Positions 38,808 to 50,009 of a stretch of 54,026 nucleotides of DNA are shown piece by piece. The notes under the pieces were generated by a model. The model worked only from the letters and a program-made list of their open reading frames with translations, did not search any database and was not told the origin of the DNA. The DNA is from Opitutia bacterium (GTDB lineage: Bacteria > Verrucomicrobiota > Verrucomicrobiia > Opitutales > T3Sed10-336). How positions within the stretch are numbered: position 1 is the stretch's first letter; each line of letters opens with the position of its first letter. The position numbers and the translations under genes are program-made. The stretch covers positions 1 through 54,026 of the forward strand of contig JBJHCF010000038.1 of NCBI GenBank assembly GCA_050506795.1, read 5' to 3'.

Positions 38808-40126
38808 AACGACTGAATGCCCGATCCAAGGGGTTCTTTGATTCGCTCGAAAGCGAATTGCGTGATGAGACTACCGGGCGGCGTCTGACTGAGACCGTTG
38901 GCCGGATTATCTCCGAGGTGGGATCCCGGGGGGACTCCGCCGTGGTGGAATTCACGGAAACGTTCGATCATGTCCGATTGGCGTCGTCCGATTTTCGGGT
39001 GCCGGAGGAAACATTGTCCGGTGCGCTCCGTTCGCTGTCCTCCGGGGACCGCCGCGTAATCAAGGAGGCGATCTCCTGTGTTAAGGACTACAATCGGCGC
39101 ACCCGTCCGGCGGACTGGAGCGACCGCAATCCCCACGGCGCCGTGGTGGGCGAGAGTCATTATCCCATCCGGAGAGTTGGAGTTTATGTGCCGGGAGGCA
39201 GGGCGCCCCTGGTCTCGTCGGCGGTAATGACGGTGACGCTGGCCAGTATCGCCGGCGTTCCTGAGATCGCCGTATTCACACCGCCAGGTCCCGATGGCCG
39301 GGTGGCGGCGGGTACCCTGGCGGCGATTAAACTCGCCGGGGCTACCGAGGTCTTCCGTATCGGAGGCGTGCAGGCCATCGCTGCCATGGCCTACGGCACG
39401 GAAACGGTTCGGCCGGTCGACAAGATTTTCGGGCCCGGCAATGCCTATGTGGTGGAAGCCAAGCGTCAGGTTTTCGGCCGGGTGGGAGTCGACCTCCTTC
39501 CTGGTCCGAGCGAGGTCATGATTATCGCCGACGAAACGGCGCGCCCCGACTGGGTGGCGGCGGACCTTCTGTCCCAGGCGGAGCACGGGCACGGCGGGAA
39601 GATCTTTCTGGTGAGTCCGGAAAACGAGCTGATCAAAGCGGTGGAGACCGAACTGCGGCGGCAGACTCCGGGATTGAACCACCGCGAGGTCATCGCAGAA
39701 ACCCTCGCCGAACACACCTATGCCATCCGGGTGCGCGACCTCGAACAGGCGGCGGAGGTAGCCAATTTTGTCGCTCCCGAGCACCTCGAACTCCATGTTG
39801 TTCGTACCTGGCTGCAAAGATACCGGCGTTTGATCACCACCGCCGGAGCGGTGCTCGAAGGTCCCTATACTCCCACGGTGTTGGGTGATTTTACCGCCGG
39901 ACCGAGTCACGTTTTGCCCACCGGGTTTTCCGGACGTTTTTTCAGCGGGCTGAGAGTGACCGATTTCATGCGCCGTACCAGCCGCCTGCGGTACGACCGG
40001 CGCAGCCTGCGGAAGGCGCTTCCCGTGGTAGAGGCCTTCAGCCGCCTGGAGAACCTGGACGCCCATGGCGCTTCGGCGGCGATTCGCCTGGAAAAGTCCG
40101 ATCAGTCAGTGGCAAGGAACGGTTGA
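38804..40126 (+). CDS. hisD: Histidinol dehydrogenase
   Basis: VGVYVPGG, KIFGPGN, GPSE, SQAEH, APEHLE and GDFTAGPSHVLPT. Confidence 0.97.
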   Translation: MKRLNARSKGFFDSLESELRDETTGRRLTETVGRIISEVGSRGDSAVVEFTETFDHVRLASSDFRVPEETLSGALRSLSSGDRRVIKEAISCVKDYNRRTRPADWSDRNPHGAVVGESHYPIRRVGVYVPGGRAPLVSSAVMTVTLASIAGVPEIAVFTPPGPDGRVAAGTLAAIKLAGATEVFRIGGVQAIAAMAYGTETVRPVDKIFGPGNAYVVEAKRQVFGRVGVDLLPGPSEVMIIADETARPDWVAADLLSQAEHGHGGKIFLVSPENELIKAVETELRRQTPGLNHREVIAETLAEHTYAIRVRDLEQAAEVANFVAPEHLELHVVRTWLQRYRRLITTAGAVLEGPYTPTVLGDFTAGPSHVLPTGFSGRFFSGLRVTDFMRRTSRLRYDRRSLRKALPVVEAFSRLENLDAHGASAAIRLEKSDQSVARNG

Positions 40127-40253
40127 GGTCTCCGGGTTACTTGAAACATCGATCATGCTCCTCCCCAACTCTGTCAATTTTTCGACAAAACACGGGCCAG
40201 AGGGATTCTTTGCTTTGTTTCATTGGTCATTTCCTGGATAAAATGGCGCTGGA

Positions 40254-41357
40254 ATGAAACCGACCTCCATCCGTCCGGCCGACCTGGCCCGCCCGCATGT
40301 GCCTTTGCTTAAGCCTTATGTTCCCGGCCAGCAGCCGGCGGAACCGGGGTGGATCAAGCTCAATACCAACGAGAATCCGTACCCGGCAAGTCCCCGAGTT
40401 GTGGAGGCGATCGGGAGGGAGGCGGCGGCCGACCGACTTCGCCTCTACCCGGATCCCTGCAGCAGCCGCTTGCGGAAGGCACTGGCCGCGCATCACGGTC
40501 TGGCGCCGGAGAATGTTTGTGTGGGCAACGGATCGGACGATATTTTAAATCTCCTCTTTCGCGTGTTCTGCGACGGCGAACAGCCGGCCGGTTTCACCGT
40601 TCCGAGTTACTCCCTCTACCCGGTTCTGGCGGCGATTCAGGACGGGGACGCGGTGAAGATGGAGTTCGACCGTTCCATGGACCTGCCGATCGATCAGCTC
40701 GCCGCCTGCGGCGCCACAATCCTTTTCCTGACGTCCCCCAATGCGCCGACCGGGGTCGGGTTTCCCGCCTCCAAGCTGGCGGAGTTGGCGCAACGCTTTT
40801 CCGGTATTCTGGTGTTGGATGAAGCGTACGCCGATTTTGCCGAAGGGAATGCGATCGGCCTGGTACGTGACTATCCCAACGTGTGTGTCACCCGCACCTT
40901 TTCCAAAGCCTACTCCCTGGCCGGCCTGCGGGTAGGGTACGCCCTGGCTTCGGAGTCGATCATCTCACTGCTGGATCGGGTGCGTGACAGTTATAACGTC
41001 AATCGCCTCTCGCAGGCGGCGGCGCTGGCGGCTTTGGAAGATCAACCGTACTTCGAGGAAACCTTGCGTAAGGTTAAGGACACCCGGGACTGGTTCCAGC
41101 GGGCATTGATCGAGCGGGGATGGTACACCTACGACAGTCAGTCCAATTTTCTCTTTACCGAACCGATCGACGAGGACGGCCGGGCGGGACCGGATGTGGC
41201 GCTTTCGCTTTTTGAGCACTTGCAGGAGAATCGGGTGCTGGTGCGTTACTTCCCCACACACGCCTTGACCCGGTCGTTTCTGCGTATCAGTGTTGGTCAG
41301 GAGTCGGAAATGGCGGCTCTCAACCAACACATCGAAACATGGACGGGAAGCGAGTAG
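40254..41357 (+). CDS. hisC: Histidinol-phosphate aminotransferase
   Basis: [24 protein letters not shown] and [15 protein letters not shown]. Confidence 0.97.
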   Translation: MKPTSIRPADLARPHVPLLKPYVPGQQPAEPGWIKLNTNENPYPASPRVVEAIGREAAADRLRLYPDPCSSRLRKALAAHHGLAPENVCVGNGSDDILNLLFRVFCDGEQPAGFTVPSYSLYPVLAAIQDGDAVKMEFDRSMDLPIDQLAACGATILFLTSPNAPTGVGFPASKLAELAQRFSGILVLDEAYADFAEGNAIGLVRDYPNVCVTRTFSKAYSLAGLRVGYALASESIISLLDRVRDSYNVNRLSQAAALAALEDQPYFEETLRKVKDTRDWFQRALIERGWYTYDSQSNFLFTEPIDEDGRAGPDVALSLFEHLQENRVLVRYFPTHALTRSFLRISVGQESEMAALNQHIETWTGSE

Positions 41358-41938
41358 CGACAGTCGAAAGGAAAACCAGGGAGACCGACATCTCCATCAA
41401 ACTGGAAGTCGACGGAGCCGGGAGAGGTTCCATCGAAACCGGAATTCCTTTTTTCGACCACATGCTCACGTTGTTCGCCCGGCACGGATTGTTTGATCTG
41501 GAGGTGCGGGCCAAAGGCGATGTGGAGGTGGATTATCACCACACGGTGGAGGACGTCGGCATCGTCCTGGGTGAGGCTTTCAAGCAGGCTTTGGGAGACA
41601 AAAAGGGAATCTGCCGCTACGGTTTTTTTCTTTTGCCCATGGACGAGTGCCTGGCCCGGGTGGCGCTCGACCTGAGCAATCGACCTTATTTGGCTTACCG
41701 GGTTCCGGTGGCGCCCGGTTACGTGCGGGATTTCAACGTGGCGCTGGTGCGCGAATTTTTCCAGGCCTTCGCCAACACATTGGGTGCGAATCTGCACGCC
41801 TCGCTTGAGTACGGAGACGAGCCGCACCACATCGCCGAAGCTTTGTTCAAAGCCCTGGCCCGGGCGCTGGACGCCGCTTGCCGGCTCGAGCCTCGGACCG
41901 CAGGGCAGGTGCCGAGCACTAAAGGTGTTTTGAGCTGA
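41339..41938 (+). CDS. hisB: Imidazoleglycerol-phosphate dehydratase
   Basis: [31 protein letters not shown] and VPSTKG. Confidence 0.98.
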   Translation: MDGKRVATVERKTRETDISIKLEVDGAGRGSIETGIPFFDHMLTLFARHGLFDLEVRAKGDVEVDYHHTVEDVGIVLGEAFKQALGDKKGICRYGFFLLPMDECLARVALDLSNRPYLAYRVPVAPGYVRDFNVALVREFFQAFANTLGANLHASLEYGDEPHHIAEALFKALARALDAACRLEPRTAGQVPSTKGVLS

Positions 41939-42056
41939 GAGTTGAGGTTCAGCGGCGGAAAACGTGCCAGCGGGGCAGGATTATGAGATTGCCGCCGGCG
42001 GACTGGGCGGGTTCAATCGTTTTTCTGCCAGATGCGAACCATTCACCTTAAAACCG

Positions 42057-42728
42057 ATGTCTGAATCCGAAGGGAAACCTTTTTCTCCGATCAAGGTGGC
42101 CGTAGTGGATTACGGCATGGGCAACCTGCGGAGCGTATGCAAGGCTCTGGAACACGAAGGCGCCCAGGCTAGAGTTGTCACTGATCCCCAGGCTTTGCAG
42201 GCCCACGACGCGGTTGTTTTCCCCGGTCAGGGGGCGCTGGGCGATTGCCTTTCCAGCATGCGTGCGAACGGTATGGATTCGGCCCTGAAGGACTGGATCT
42301 CCGCGGACCGACCCTATTTGGGTGTCTGCCTCGGGCTGCAGGCGCTGTTTGAACACTCGGAGGAGGCGAATACCGACGGGCTGGGGATATTTGGCGGCCG
42401 GGTGCGGCGTTTTCGTCTGCCACCGGGCTACAAGATTCCTCACATGGGTTGGAATACGGTGCGTTTTCTGCAGCCGGACTGCCCGCTGGTGCGGGGAATG
42501 AAACCCGACGGAGAGCGGTTTTATTTCGTGCACAGTTATTATGTCGAGCCCGACGACCGATCCCTGGCGTTGTGCGAGTCGGATTACGGCGGATCGTTTG
42601 TCAGCGGCATTGCCCGGGGCCGCTGTTTTGCGGTGCAGTTTCACCCTGAAAAGAGTCAAAGCCGCGGCCTGGCGCTGTATCGGAACTTTGTTGCTGCGGC
42701 GTCGGCAAATGTTCGCATTATTGACTGA
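42057..42728 (+). CDS. hisH: Imidazole glycerol phosphate synthase subunit HisH
   Basis: [28 protein letters not shown] and QFHPEKS. Confidence 0.97.
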   Translation: MSESEGKPFSPIKVAVVDYGMGNLRSVCKALEHEGAQARVVTDPQALQAHDAVVFPGQGALGDCLSSMRANGMDSALKDWISADRPYLGVCLGLQALFEHSEEANTDGLGIFGGRVRRFRLPPGYKIPHMGWNTVRFLQPDCPLVRGMKPDGERFYFVHSYYVEPDDRSLALCESDYGGSFVSGIARGRCFAVQFHPEKSQSRGLALYRNFVAAASANVRIID

Positions 42729-42772
42729 CTTTTCTTTACCATTGGATTGTTTCCCTTCTATCGTTTCACGTT

Positions 42773-44062
42773 ATGGCCAAAGAAGCTCGCATAGTAATTG
42801 AAGACAAAGAGTTCACGTACCCGATCTTGACAGGTACCGAAGGCGAGCGGGCAATCGACACCCGCAGCTTGCGGGCGGATAGCGGACTGATCACCTACGA
42901 CGAAGGTTACGGTAATACCGGGTCTTGTCAGAGTGAGATAACTTTTATTGATGGCGAGAATGGCACTCTCCGCTACCGGGGTTATCCCATTGAGGATCTG
43001 GCCGAAAACTCGACGTTTGTGGAAACCGCCTACCTGATCATCTACGGTGAGCTTCCCACCGAGGCGCAGTTTCAGGCGTTTTCCGAGCGCCTCACCGCCC
43101 ATGCCGCCGTGCCGGTGACCATGGAGCACTTCTTCGAAGGGTATCCCGCGCACTCGCACCCCATGGCCATTCTCTCCGGGTTGATGAACTCCCTTTCCTG
43201 CTTTTACCCGGAGTTCGCCTTGAACAATCACAAACAGGATCTGGAGAATTTCGACGATTTGGCGGCGGCGGCCATTTCCAAGGTCCGGACGATCGCGGCG
43301 ATGAGCTATCGCATGAGTCAGGGCCTGCCGTATGTGTACCCGCGGAAGGATTTCCGGTACACCGAAAACTTCCTGCACATGATGTTCACGGAGCCGTACT
43401 CCAAGTACGTGCCGGCGCCGGAAGTGGCCAAAGCGCTGAATCTCATCCTGCTTTTGCATGCCGATCACGAGCAGAACTGCAGCACGTCCACCGTTCGTAT
43501 GGTCGCCTCCAGCGAGGCCAATTTGTTTGCTTCCGTGGCAGCCGGCATTTGCGCCCTCTGGGGACCGCTCCACGGCGGCGCCAATATGGCGGTCATCCAG
43601 ATGCTGGAAAGGATTCACGCGGACGGCGACGACGGCAGTCGTTTCATCCAGGAGGCCAAGGACGGCACCAAACGGTTGATGGGCTTCGGGCACCGGGTCT
43701 ACAAGAATTACGATCCCCGCGCCAAAATTATCGGCAAGGCCTGCGATACGGTGCTGGAGAGCATGGGTATCAAGGATCCGTTGCTCGATATTGCCCGACA
43801 CCTCGAGAAAGCGGCCCTGGAGGACGACTATTTTGTTTCGCGGAAACTCTACCCCAACGTCGATTTTTACAGCGGCATCATCATGCGGGCCATCGGTATC
43901 CCGATGAACATGTTTACCGTGATGTTCGCCATCGGCCGCATGCCCGGCTGGATCGCCAACTGGCGTGAGATCGCCATGAATCCTAATGGTCGTATCTATC
44001 GGCCGCGGCAGATCTACACCGGCCCGAATGAGCGCCGGTATGTCCCGCGGGAGCAAAGATAA
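42773..44062 (+). CDS. gltA: Citrate synthase
   Basis: [35 protein letters not shown] and YPNVDFYSG. Confidence 0.98.
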   Translation: MAKEARIVIEDKEFTYPILTGTEGERAIDTRSLRADSGLITYDEGYGNTGSCQSEITFIDGENGTLRYRGYPIEDLAENSTFVETAYLIIYGELPTEAQFQAFSERLTAHAAVPVTMEHFFEGYPAHSHPMAILSGLMNSLSCFYPEFALNNHKQDLENFDDLAAAAISKVRTIAAMSYRMSQGLPYVYPRKDFRYTENFLHMMFTEPYSKYVPAPEVAKALNLILLLHADHEQNCSTSTVRMVASSEANLFASVAAGICALWGPLHGGANMAVIQMLERIHADGDDGSRFIQEAKDGTKRLMGFGHRVYKNYDPRAKIIGKACDTVLESMGIKDPLLDIARHLEKAALEDDYFVSRKLYPNVDFYSGIIMRAIGIPMNMFTVMFAIGRMPGWIANWREIAMNPNGRIYRPRQIYTGPNERRYVPREQR

Positions 44063-44150
44063 CCGAATCGCGGCCCGGAATCGTTGGACACTGTGGCCTT
44101 TCGGCCGGATGTTCTGGCCGCCGGTGAGCAGTCACCTTTAGAAGGGGAGG

Positions 44151-45146
44151 ATGCGATCCACGCGCGCCCTCCGTTATCACGAACACGGTGATCCCGAAAA
44201 GGTTCTCGCCCTGGAAGAGATCGAGCTTCCCGAGACGCTTTCCAGCGACGAAGTTCTGCTCCGATGCCTCGCAGCCCCGATAAATCCGGCCGACCTGGGC
44301 CAGGTTCGCGGATTGTATGGCAGTCTCAAATCGCTGCCCGCGGTCGGGGGTAACGAGGGTCTGGCTGAGGTGATGGAGGCGGGCCCCAATGCGAGCGGCT
44401 TGCGTCCGGGAGATCGGGTCCGGCTACCCGCTTCGACCGGTACCTGGCGGGAGTTCGTTGTGGCCCCGGCCGACGGTCTTTTGCGGGTGCCCGGCGATCT
44501 TGCGGTGGAACATGCCGCCATGGCATTTGTGAATCCGCCCACCGCATGGCGGATGTTGCGGGATTTTGTTCGCCTCAAACCCGGGGAATGGGTGGCGCAA
44601 AACGCGGCCACCTCCGCCGTAGGCCGTTACGTGATCCAACTGGCGAACCTTTTCGGTTTGAGGACGTTTAATGTCACCCGAGACCGGGCCGGCGCCGAGG
44701 CGGTACGCGCGGTGGGTGGCGATGTCGTGGCCGTGGATGGGGAACATCTGCCCGAGGTGCTTGAGCAGACGGCGGGAAAGGTGCGGCCGCGTCTGGCGTT
44801 AAACGCGGTGGGTGGCAGGTCCGCCGTCGACCTCATTCGGCTCCTTGCTCCCGGGGGCACCCTGGTGACCTTCGGCGGCATGACCGGTGAGCCGGTGCGG
44901 TTTCCTACCCGGAACCTGATTTTCGACGACGTGCGGTTGCGTGGATTTTGGGTGACCCGCTGGCTCCGTGAGGCTCCGTCACGGGAGGTGGATGCAATGT
45001 ATGACGAACTGTTCGAACTGATTCGTGAGGGCGTTCTGTGTGCCCCGGTGGCCGCGATGTATTCGCTGGATCGCTACAGTGATGCCCTCGTACACGCCGT
45101 CAGTCCGGGCAAGGGCGGCAAGATCCTTTTCAGACCTTTCGATTGA
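44151..45146 (+). CDS. MDR-family trans-2-enoyl-thioester reductase (Etr1/MECR-like)
   Basis: PINPADLGQVRGLY, GGNEG, GTWR, VNPPTAWRML, QNAATSAVG and LRGFW. Confidence 0.82.
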   Translation: MRSTRALRYHEHGDPEKVLALEEIELPETLSSDEVLLRCLAAPINPADLGQVRGLYGSLKSLPAVGGNEGLAEVMEAGPNASGLRPGDRVRLPASTGTWREFVVAPADGLLRVPGDLAVEHAAMAFVNPPTAWRMLRDFVRLKPGEWVAQNAATSAVGRYVIQLANLFGLRTFNVTRDRAGAEAVRAVGGDVVAVDGEHLPEVLEQTAGKVRPRLALNAVGGRSAVDLIRLLAPGGTLVTFGGMTGEPVRFPTRNLIFDDVRLRGFWVTRWLREAPSREVDAMYDELFELIREGVLCAPVAAMYSLDRYSDALVHAVSPGKGGKILFRPFD

Positions 45147-45296
45147 ATAAATCGGCGTATCACAATTCGAACTGGAAGAAGGGAAATGACGGGTCCGCAG
45201 ACGCCATTCCCCGCAAACTGTTTCATTTTCGTTTCCGGCATTGCGACCGGCGGGCTTGCCGGTTCTAAAATGATCCTGGCGGAACGTAATCCACTT

Positions 45297-47489
45297 ATGA
45301 CAGCTATTCCCGAATCCCAAGGTGACTTCACACTTCCCGGCGAGGCCGGCTACGAGGATCTGACGCTTGACCTCGCCCGAAAATGGGGTGCCGATACCAT
45401 TCGAGACAGCGACGGCAGCCGGATCTCTCCGGAGATCACCCGTTTCGGCTACGACATCTACTCGACCCTCTGCCTGGTTCGTTCCATCAACGAATGGGCG
45501 AAAAAAAATCCGACCCGCCTGCAGCAGAACTACCTCATGAGTTTCCCGGTGGTCGCTGAGCGCGCCACCCTTACGATCGATCCGCTGAACCGGTTTTTCC
45601 GTGAGCAGTTTGTGCTCAATACCCGGGACGATCCCAAGCGCTGGTGGCAGGTCTTCGATCGCACCACCGGCGAAGAAGTACGGAAAAAGCATTGGTCGTT
45701 CGACCCGAAACGCAAAACGGTCACCATCCGCGAGGCCAAACGCCGGCACCGGTACACGGTCAATTTTCTGGTGTTCCGTATCTGGGAGGAAATCTCCATG
45801 TACAACCAGATTACCAACGGGTGGGCGGACAAGGAGGAGCACAAGGCGGCCGTCGATCCGATCTATCCGGATACCCGCAAAGCGATTCTCCGGTTTCTCG
45901 ACGGGTGGCTCGACGAGCATCCCGAAACGACTGTGGTGCGCTTCACTTCCATGTTCTACAACTTCACCTGGTTCTGGGGTGACGATCCCAAGCTGCGTTA
46001 CCCCTACAACGACTGGGGCGACTACGCCATGACGGTGAGCCCGCGTTCCCTGGGGCTTTTTAAAAAGGAATACGGTTACGCCCTGTGTTCCGAGGATTTT
46101 GTCAACGGCGGCCTTTACAACAACACCCACAACGCCCCGTCGCGGCGCTACCGCGACTACATGGATTTTATGCACCGGTTCGTGGTGGACTTTGGGCGGC
46201 AGTGCGTCGAACGGGTCCAGCGCGCCGGAAAAAAGGCGTTTGTTTTTTACGACGATCACTGGATCGGAGTGGAGCCCTACAGTGAGCGTTTCGCCGACTT
46301 CGGTTTCGACGGATTGATCAAGTGTGTCTTCAACGCCTTCGAAGTGCGCAAGTGCGCCCACGCCGAGGGCGTCAAGACTCACGAATTGCGGCTTCACCCG
46401 TACCTGTTCCCCACCGGCCTTAAAGGCGAACCGACCTTTCAGAAAGGCGGCGATCCAACCCTCGACGCCAAGAATTTCTGGATCGACGCCCGGCGCGGTA
46501 TTCTGCGCGCTCCCATCGACCGGATCGGGCTCGGGGGACGGCTCAGTCTGGTCGAACCGTTCCCGGATTTCTGCGACTACATCAAGAAACTGGCTGATGA
46601 GTTTCGCCTGCTGAAATCCTTTCACGCCGGCGACCGACCGTACACCGCGCCGTTCAAAGTGGGGGTGCTGACTTCCTGGGGAAAACTTCGTTCCTGGATC
46701 TGTTCCGGGCATTTTGCCCACGGGGTCGAATTGAACGAACTCCTCGAATCCCTGGCCGGAATGCCCGTCGACGTCGAGTTTTTCAGTTTCGACGATCTCC
46801 GCAAGAAGGGCGTTCCTCGCGGGGTTAAGGTGATCCTCAACGCCGGGCGCGCCGGCACTGCCTGGAGCGGGGGACCGGAATGGGAGGATCCGGCGGTGGT
46901 GGAAATTCTCGGCGACTGGGTCGCGCGGGGCGGAGGTTTTCTGGGAGTGGGGGAACCGTCCGCACTGGAGGGTCGTCCGGGAATGCGGTTTCAGATGGCG
47001 CCGGTGCTTGGGCTCGACCGCGAACGGGGCGAACGCTTTGGCCATGCCCGCTACGCCTACCGTGCGGAGAAATCCCACTTTATTACCGGCGACCTTCCAG
47101 GCGCGCCCGATTTTGGCCGTCACGTGGACGGGATTTATCTCCTCGACGGAGAAACGCGCGTGCTCGCCGAGCTCACCGGTGAACCCGCGGTGACGGCCCG
47201 TGCGGTCAAAAAGGGGCGTTCAGTCTATTTTTCCGGCTTCCGTTTCAACCCGGACAACACCCGGCTCCTGCTGCGCGCCCTTTACTGGGCGGCCGGCCGC
47301 GAAGAGGCGTACGCCGCCTGGAGCTCTTCGAACGTCCGTACCGATTGCGCCTGGTTTCCCAAAAAGAGGAAGCTGGTTGTGATCAATAACGACGCCGAGC
47401 CCCACCAAACCACCGTTACCCTGGGTGACGGCAAGCGCAGCCGGAAGATAAGTCTCGACGGTCACGGCATCGCCATTCTCGACCTTTAA
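45297..47489 (+). CDS. GH112 beta-galactoside phosphorylase (possibly galactosyl-rhamnose phosphorylase)
   Basis: WGADTIRDSDG, MYNQITNGW, VVRFT, FYDDHWIG, ELRLHPYLFP, DRIGLGG and GGGFLGVGEPS. Confidence 0.92.
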   Translation: MTAIPESQGDFTLPGEAGYEDLTLDLARKWGADTIRDSDGSRISPEITRFGYDIYSTLCLVRSINEWAKKNPTRLQQNYLMSFPVVAERATLTIDPLNRFFREQFVLNTRDDPKRWWQVFDRTTGEEVRKKHWSFDPKRKTVTIREAKRRHRYTVNFLVFRIWEEISMYNQITNGWADKEEHKAAVDPIYPDTRKAILRFLDGWLDEHPETTVVRFTSMFYNFTWFWGDDPKLRYPYNDWGDYAMTVSPRSLGLFKKEYGYALCSEDFVNGGLYNNTHNAPSRRYRDYMDFMHRFVVDFGRQCVERVQRAGKKAFVFYDDHWIGVEPYSERFADFGFDGLIKCVFNAFEVRKCAHAEGVKTHELRLHPYLFPTGLKGEPTFQKGGDPTLDAKNFWIDARRGILRAPIDRIGLGGRLSLVEPFPDFCDYIKKLADEFRLLKSFHAGDRPYTAPFKVGVLTSWGKLRSWICSGHFAHGVELNELLESLAGMPVDVEFFSFDDLRKKGVPRGVKVILNAGRAGTAWSGGPEWEDPAVVEILGDWVARGGGFLGVGEPSALEGRPGMRFQMAPVLGLDRERGERFGHARYAYRAEKSHFITGDLPGAPDFGRHVDGIYLLDGETRVLAELTGEPAVTARAVKKGRSVYFSGFRFNPDNTRLLLRALYWAAGREEAYAAWSSSNVRTDCAWFPKKRKLVVINNDAEPHQTTVTLGDGKRSRKISLDGHGIAILDL

Positions 47490-47519
47490 ATTGAACTCGG
47501 AAAGGATCGTCCAACACCC

Positions 47520-48866
47520 ATGAGTCAGCAGAAAAAACGTTACGCGATCGTCGGCGCCGGCGGCCGCATCACCATGTTCAGCGATCCCGTCGCCCGGGAT
47601 TACCGCGACGAAGCCGAACTGGTCGGCCTTTGTGATATCAGCTCCGTGCGGATGAGTTATCACCGGGAACGCCTGAAGAGCGAATACGGTTACCCATTGG
47701 TGCCGACGTATCCGGCGGCTGAATTCGACCGGATGGTCGCGGAACAAAAACCCGATGTTGTCGTGGTTTGCTCGGTCGACGCCACCCATCACGAGTACAT
47801 TGTGCGGGCGCTCGACCTGGGCTGCGACGTGATCACGGAAAAGCCGATGACGATCGACGACGAGAAATGCCGTGCCATTCTCGATGCCGTTGCGCGCACC
47901 GGACGCCATGTGCGGGTCACCTTCAACTATCGCTGGGCGCCCGCCGCCACCAAGGTGCGCGAACTGATCGCCAGCGGCGCCATCGGCACCGTGAAACACG
48001 TCGATTTGGAGTACATGCTCGATACCTCGCACGGCGCCGACTACTTCCGCCGCTGGCACAGCTACAAGGACCGGTCGGGTGGTTTGCTGGTACACAAGGC
48101 CACCCATCACTTCGACCTGGTCAATTGGTGGCTCGATGCCATCCCAAGCGAGGTTTTCGCTTACGGCGGTCTGGTGTTTTACGGGAAAAAGAACGCTCTG
48201 GCGCGGGGGGACGAAGCCTACACCCGTTACCCCCGGTACACCGGCACCGACTCCAAGGACGATCCTTTCCGCCTGGCGTTGGATGACGATGGAAGCCTCA
48301 AAGCTCTCTACCTCGATGCTGAAGAGGAAACCGGCTATCTTCGTGATGAGAATGTGTTCCGCGACGGAATCGATATCGAGGACACCATGAGCGCCCTGGT
48401 GAAGTACCGCGACGGCACCGTCCTCAACTATTCCCTCAACGCCTATTGTCCGGTGGAAGGAATCAAGGTGGTCTTCAACGGAGACCGGGGACGCCTCGAA
48501 TACACCAAGATGGAGGGGTCGCACATCATCGCCGGCCAGAGCGACACCCAACTCGCCGAGGATCAGGACAAGGGTGACCACGAAGTGAGCATCCGCGTTC
48601 GCCCCCATTTCAAACCGGCCTACGATGTGGAAATCCCCTCCGGCAAGGGCGCCCACGGCGGCGCCGACCCGCTGATCCAGGAGCAGATTTTCTCCTCCAG
48701 GGCTCCCGAGGAACGCCTCCATCGCAATGCCGGCGCCGAGCAGGGCGCCGCATCGATTCTCATAGGCATCGCCGCCAACAAATCCATCGCCACCGGCCAA
48801 CCCGTGCGTATCGACGATCTGGTCACATTGAAACCCGAGGCAATCCACTTGAGCGAACTGGTGTAG
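47520..48866 (+). CDS. Gfo/Idh/MocA family oxidoreductase (YteT-like)
   Basis: VGAGGR, TEKPM, LDTSHGADYFRRWH..SGGLLVHKATHHFDL and HGGAD. Confidence 0.9.
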   Translation: MSQQKKRYAIVGAGGRITMFSDPVARDYRDEAELVGLCDISSVRMSYHRERLKSEYGYPLVPTYPAAEFDRMVAEQKPDVVVVCSVDATHHEYIVRALDLGCDVITEKPMTIDDEKCRAILDAVARTGRHVRVTFNYRWAPAATKVRELIASGAIGTVKHVDLEYMLDTSHGADYFRRWHSYKDRSGGLLVHKATHHFDLVNWWLDAIPSEVFAYGGLVFYGKKNALARGDEAYTRYPRYTGTDSKDDPFRLALDDDGSLKALYLDAEEETGYLRDENVFRDGIDIEDTMSALVKYRDGTVLNYSLNAYCPVEGIKVVFNGDRGRLEYTKMEGSHIIAGQSDTQLAEDQDKGDHEVSIRVRPHFKPAYDVEIPSGKGAHGGADPLIQEQIFSSRAPEERLHRNAGAEQGAASILIGIAANKSIATGQPVRIDDLVTLKPEAIHLSELV

Positions 48867-48889
48867 GTAAAGTGTAGGCCCGGATTTTT

Positions 48890-48916
48890 GTTACCTTTCC
48901 CGAAAGAACGGCGAAT
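48890..48916 (+). promoter_or_regulatory. Possible ECF-sigma-type promoter
   Basis: GTTACC-N16-CGAAT upstream of the secreted protein/ECF/anti-sigma genes. Confidence 0.3.
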
Positions 48917-48962
48917 GTGAGGGTGACGGCGGTGAAACAAACAAACCCGCCACCATTCCACA

Positions 48963-49937
48963 ATGAAATCAAAACTCACTCTGCTCATCGTTCTTTCTTT
49001 CGCCTTGCCGTTGTTGTCGTCTGCGGGAACGGTTCCCGCGCACCAGGTGCCCAGGGATGCGCAATGGTTGATCCACCTCGACGTGGAGGACCTTCGCCAG
49101 TCCGAGATCGGGGCTCGTCTCATCAGATTCCTTATCGAAAGTCGCGCGCTGGAGTTTGGGGATGTGATTCCGGTCAACTTCGCCACCGTTATCGACGGAC
49201 TCGACGGCATCACTCTCTACGGCAGGTCGTTGGAGATGGCGGGTGGTCCGATGGCCGACGGCGTCGCGGTACTGCGGGGCTCGCCGGAACTGATTGCTGT
49301 TCTCAGGGGAGTTGTCGCCGCCGCCGAGCTGGAGCAGCCGGATGCCGTGACGGTGGTGGAAGAGTCGCCGCGTCGGGTCCTTCTTTTTCCCGGGCCTGTT
49401 CACCTGGTGATCATTTCCGACAGCGTGTTTGCCATCAGTAGAACCCACCAAAGTCTGCAAACGTTCCTGGCCACGCTGGATGGCGATAACCCGAACGCCC
49501 AGGGGTCGAACCTCCTCGAACCGCTGGAGAGGGGAAGCCGCGGCTTCTTTTTCGCCGGCGTGGCCGAAGGCATCAATACCATTCAGGGACTGCCTCCCCA
49601 GGCGAATGTGCTGAAAATGACAGAGGGCATCGCGTTGAGGGTCGGTGAACGTGATTCGCTGCTGAATCTCGACGTTTCCCTGCGCACCGATTTGGACGAG
49701 ACCGCCGTCCGGGTGCAACAGGTGCTGCAGGGCATCGTCGCTCTCGCTTCACTCGCGCAATTCGAGCACCCGGAACTGAGCCGCGTATTGAGATCCCTTC
49801 GAATCGCTTCGGAAGGCCGAGCGGTTCGGCTCGACCTTTCCTACCCGGTCGATGAGGCGATCAAATTGTTTGAGCTGCTCGCCGGAGATGCTAATTTCAA
49901 TGTGACGATCGATTTCGACCCTTCCGTTTCCCAATGA
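48963..49937 (+). CDS. Secreted hypothetical protein
   Basis: Signal peptide MKSKLTLLIVLSFALPLLSSA; 324 aa; VPRDAQWLIHLDV start of the mature protein. Confidence 0.8.
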   Translation: MKSKLTLLIVLSFALPLLSSAGTVPAHQVPRDAQWLIHLDVEDLRQSEIGARLIRFLIESRALEFGDVIPVNFATVIDGLDGITLYGRSLEMAGGPMADGVAVLRGSPELIAVLRGVVAAAELEQPDAVTVVEESPRRVLLFPGPVHLVIISDSVFAISRTHQSLQTFLATLDGDNPNAQGSNLLEPLERGSRGFFFAGVAEGINTIQGLPPQANVLKMTEGIALRVGERDSLLNLDVSLRTDLDETAVRVQQVLQGIVALASLAQFEHPELSRVLRSLRIASEGRAVRLDLSYPVDEAIKLFELLAGDANFNVTIDFDPSVSQ

Positions 49938-50009
49938 TCGCGATCCGTTGATCGGGCGGATACAAAGCGGCCACGGAAAGGCGCGTCGATTCATGAAACA
50001 GGACGGATC

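Noticed and set aside
44979..48848. Long antisense ORFs (714 aa and 542 aa; similarly 3273-4610, 18559-19827, 29692-31002, 38657-40066, 42758-44056)
   Set aside because: Shadow frames opposite well-supported genes, expected in high-GC DNA; no recognisable motifs.
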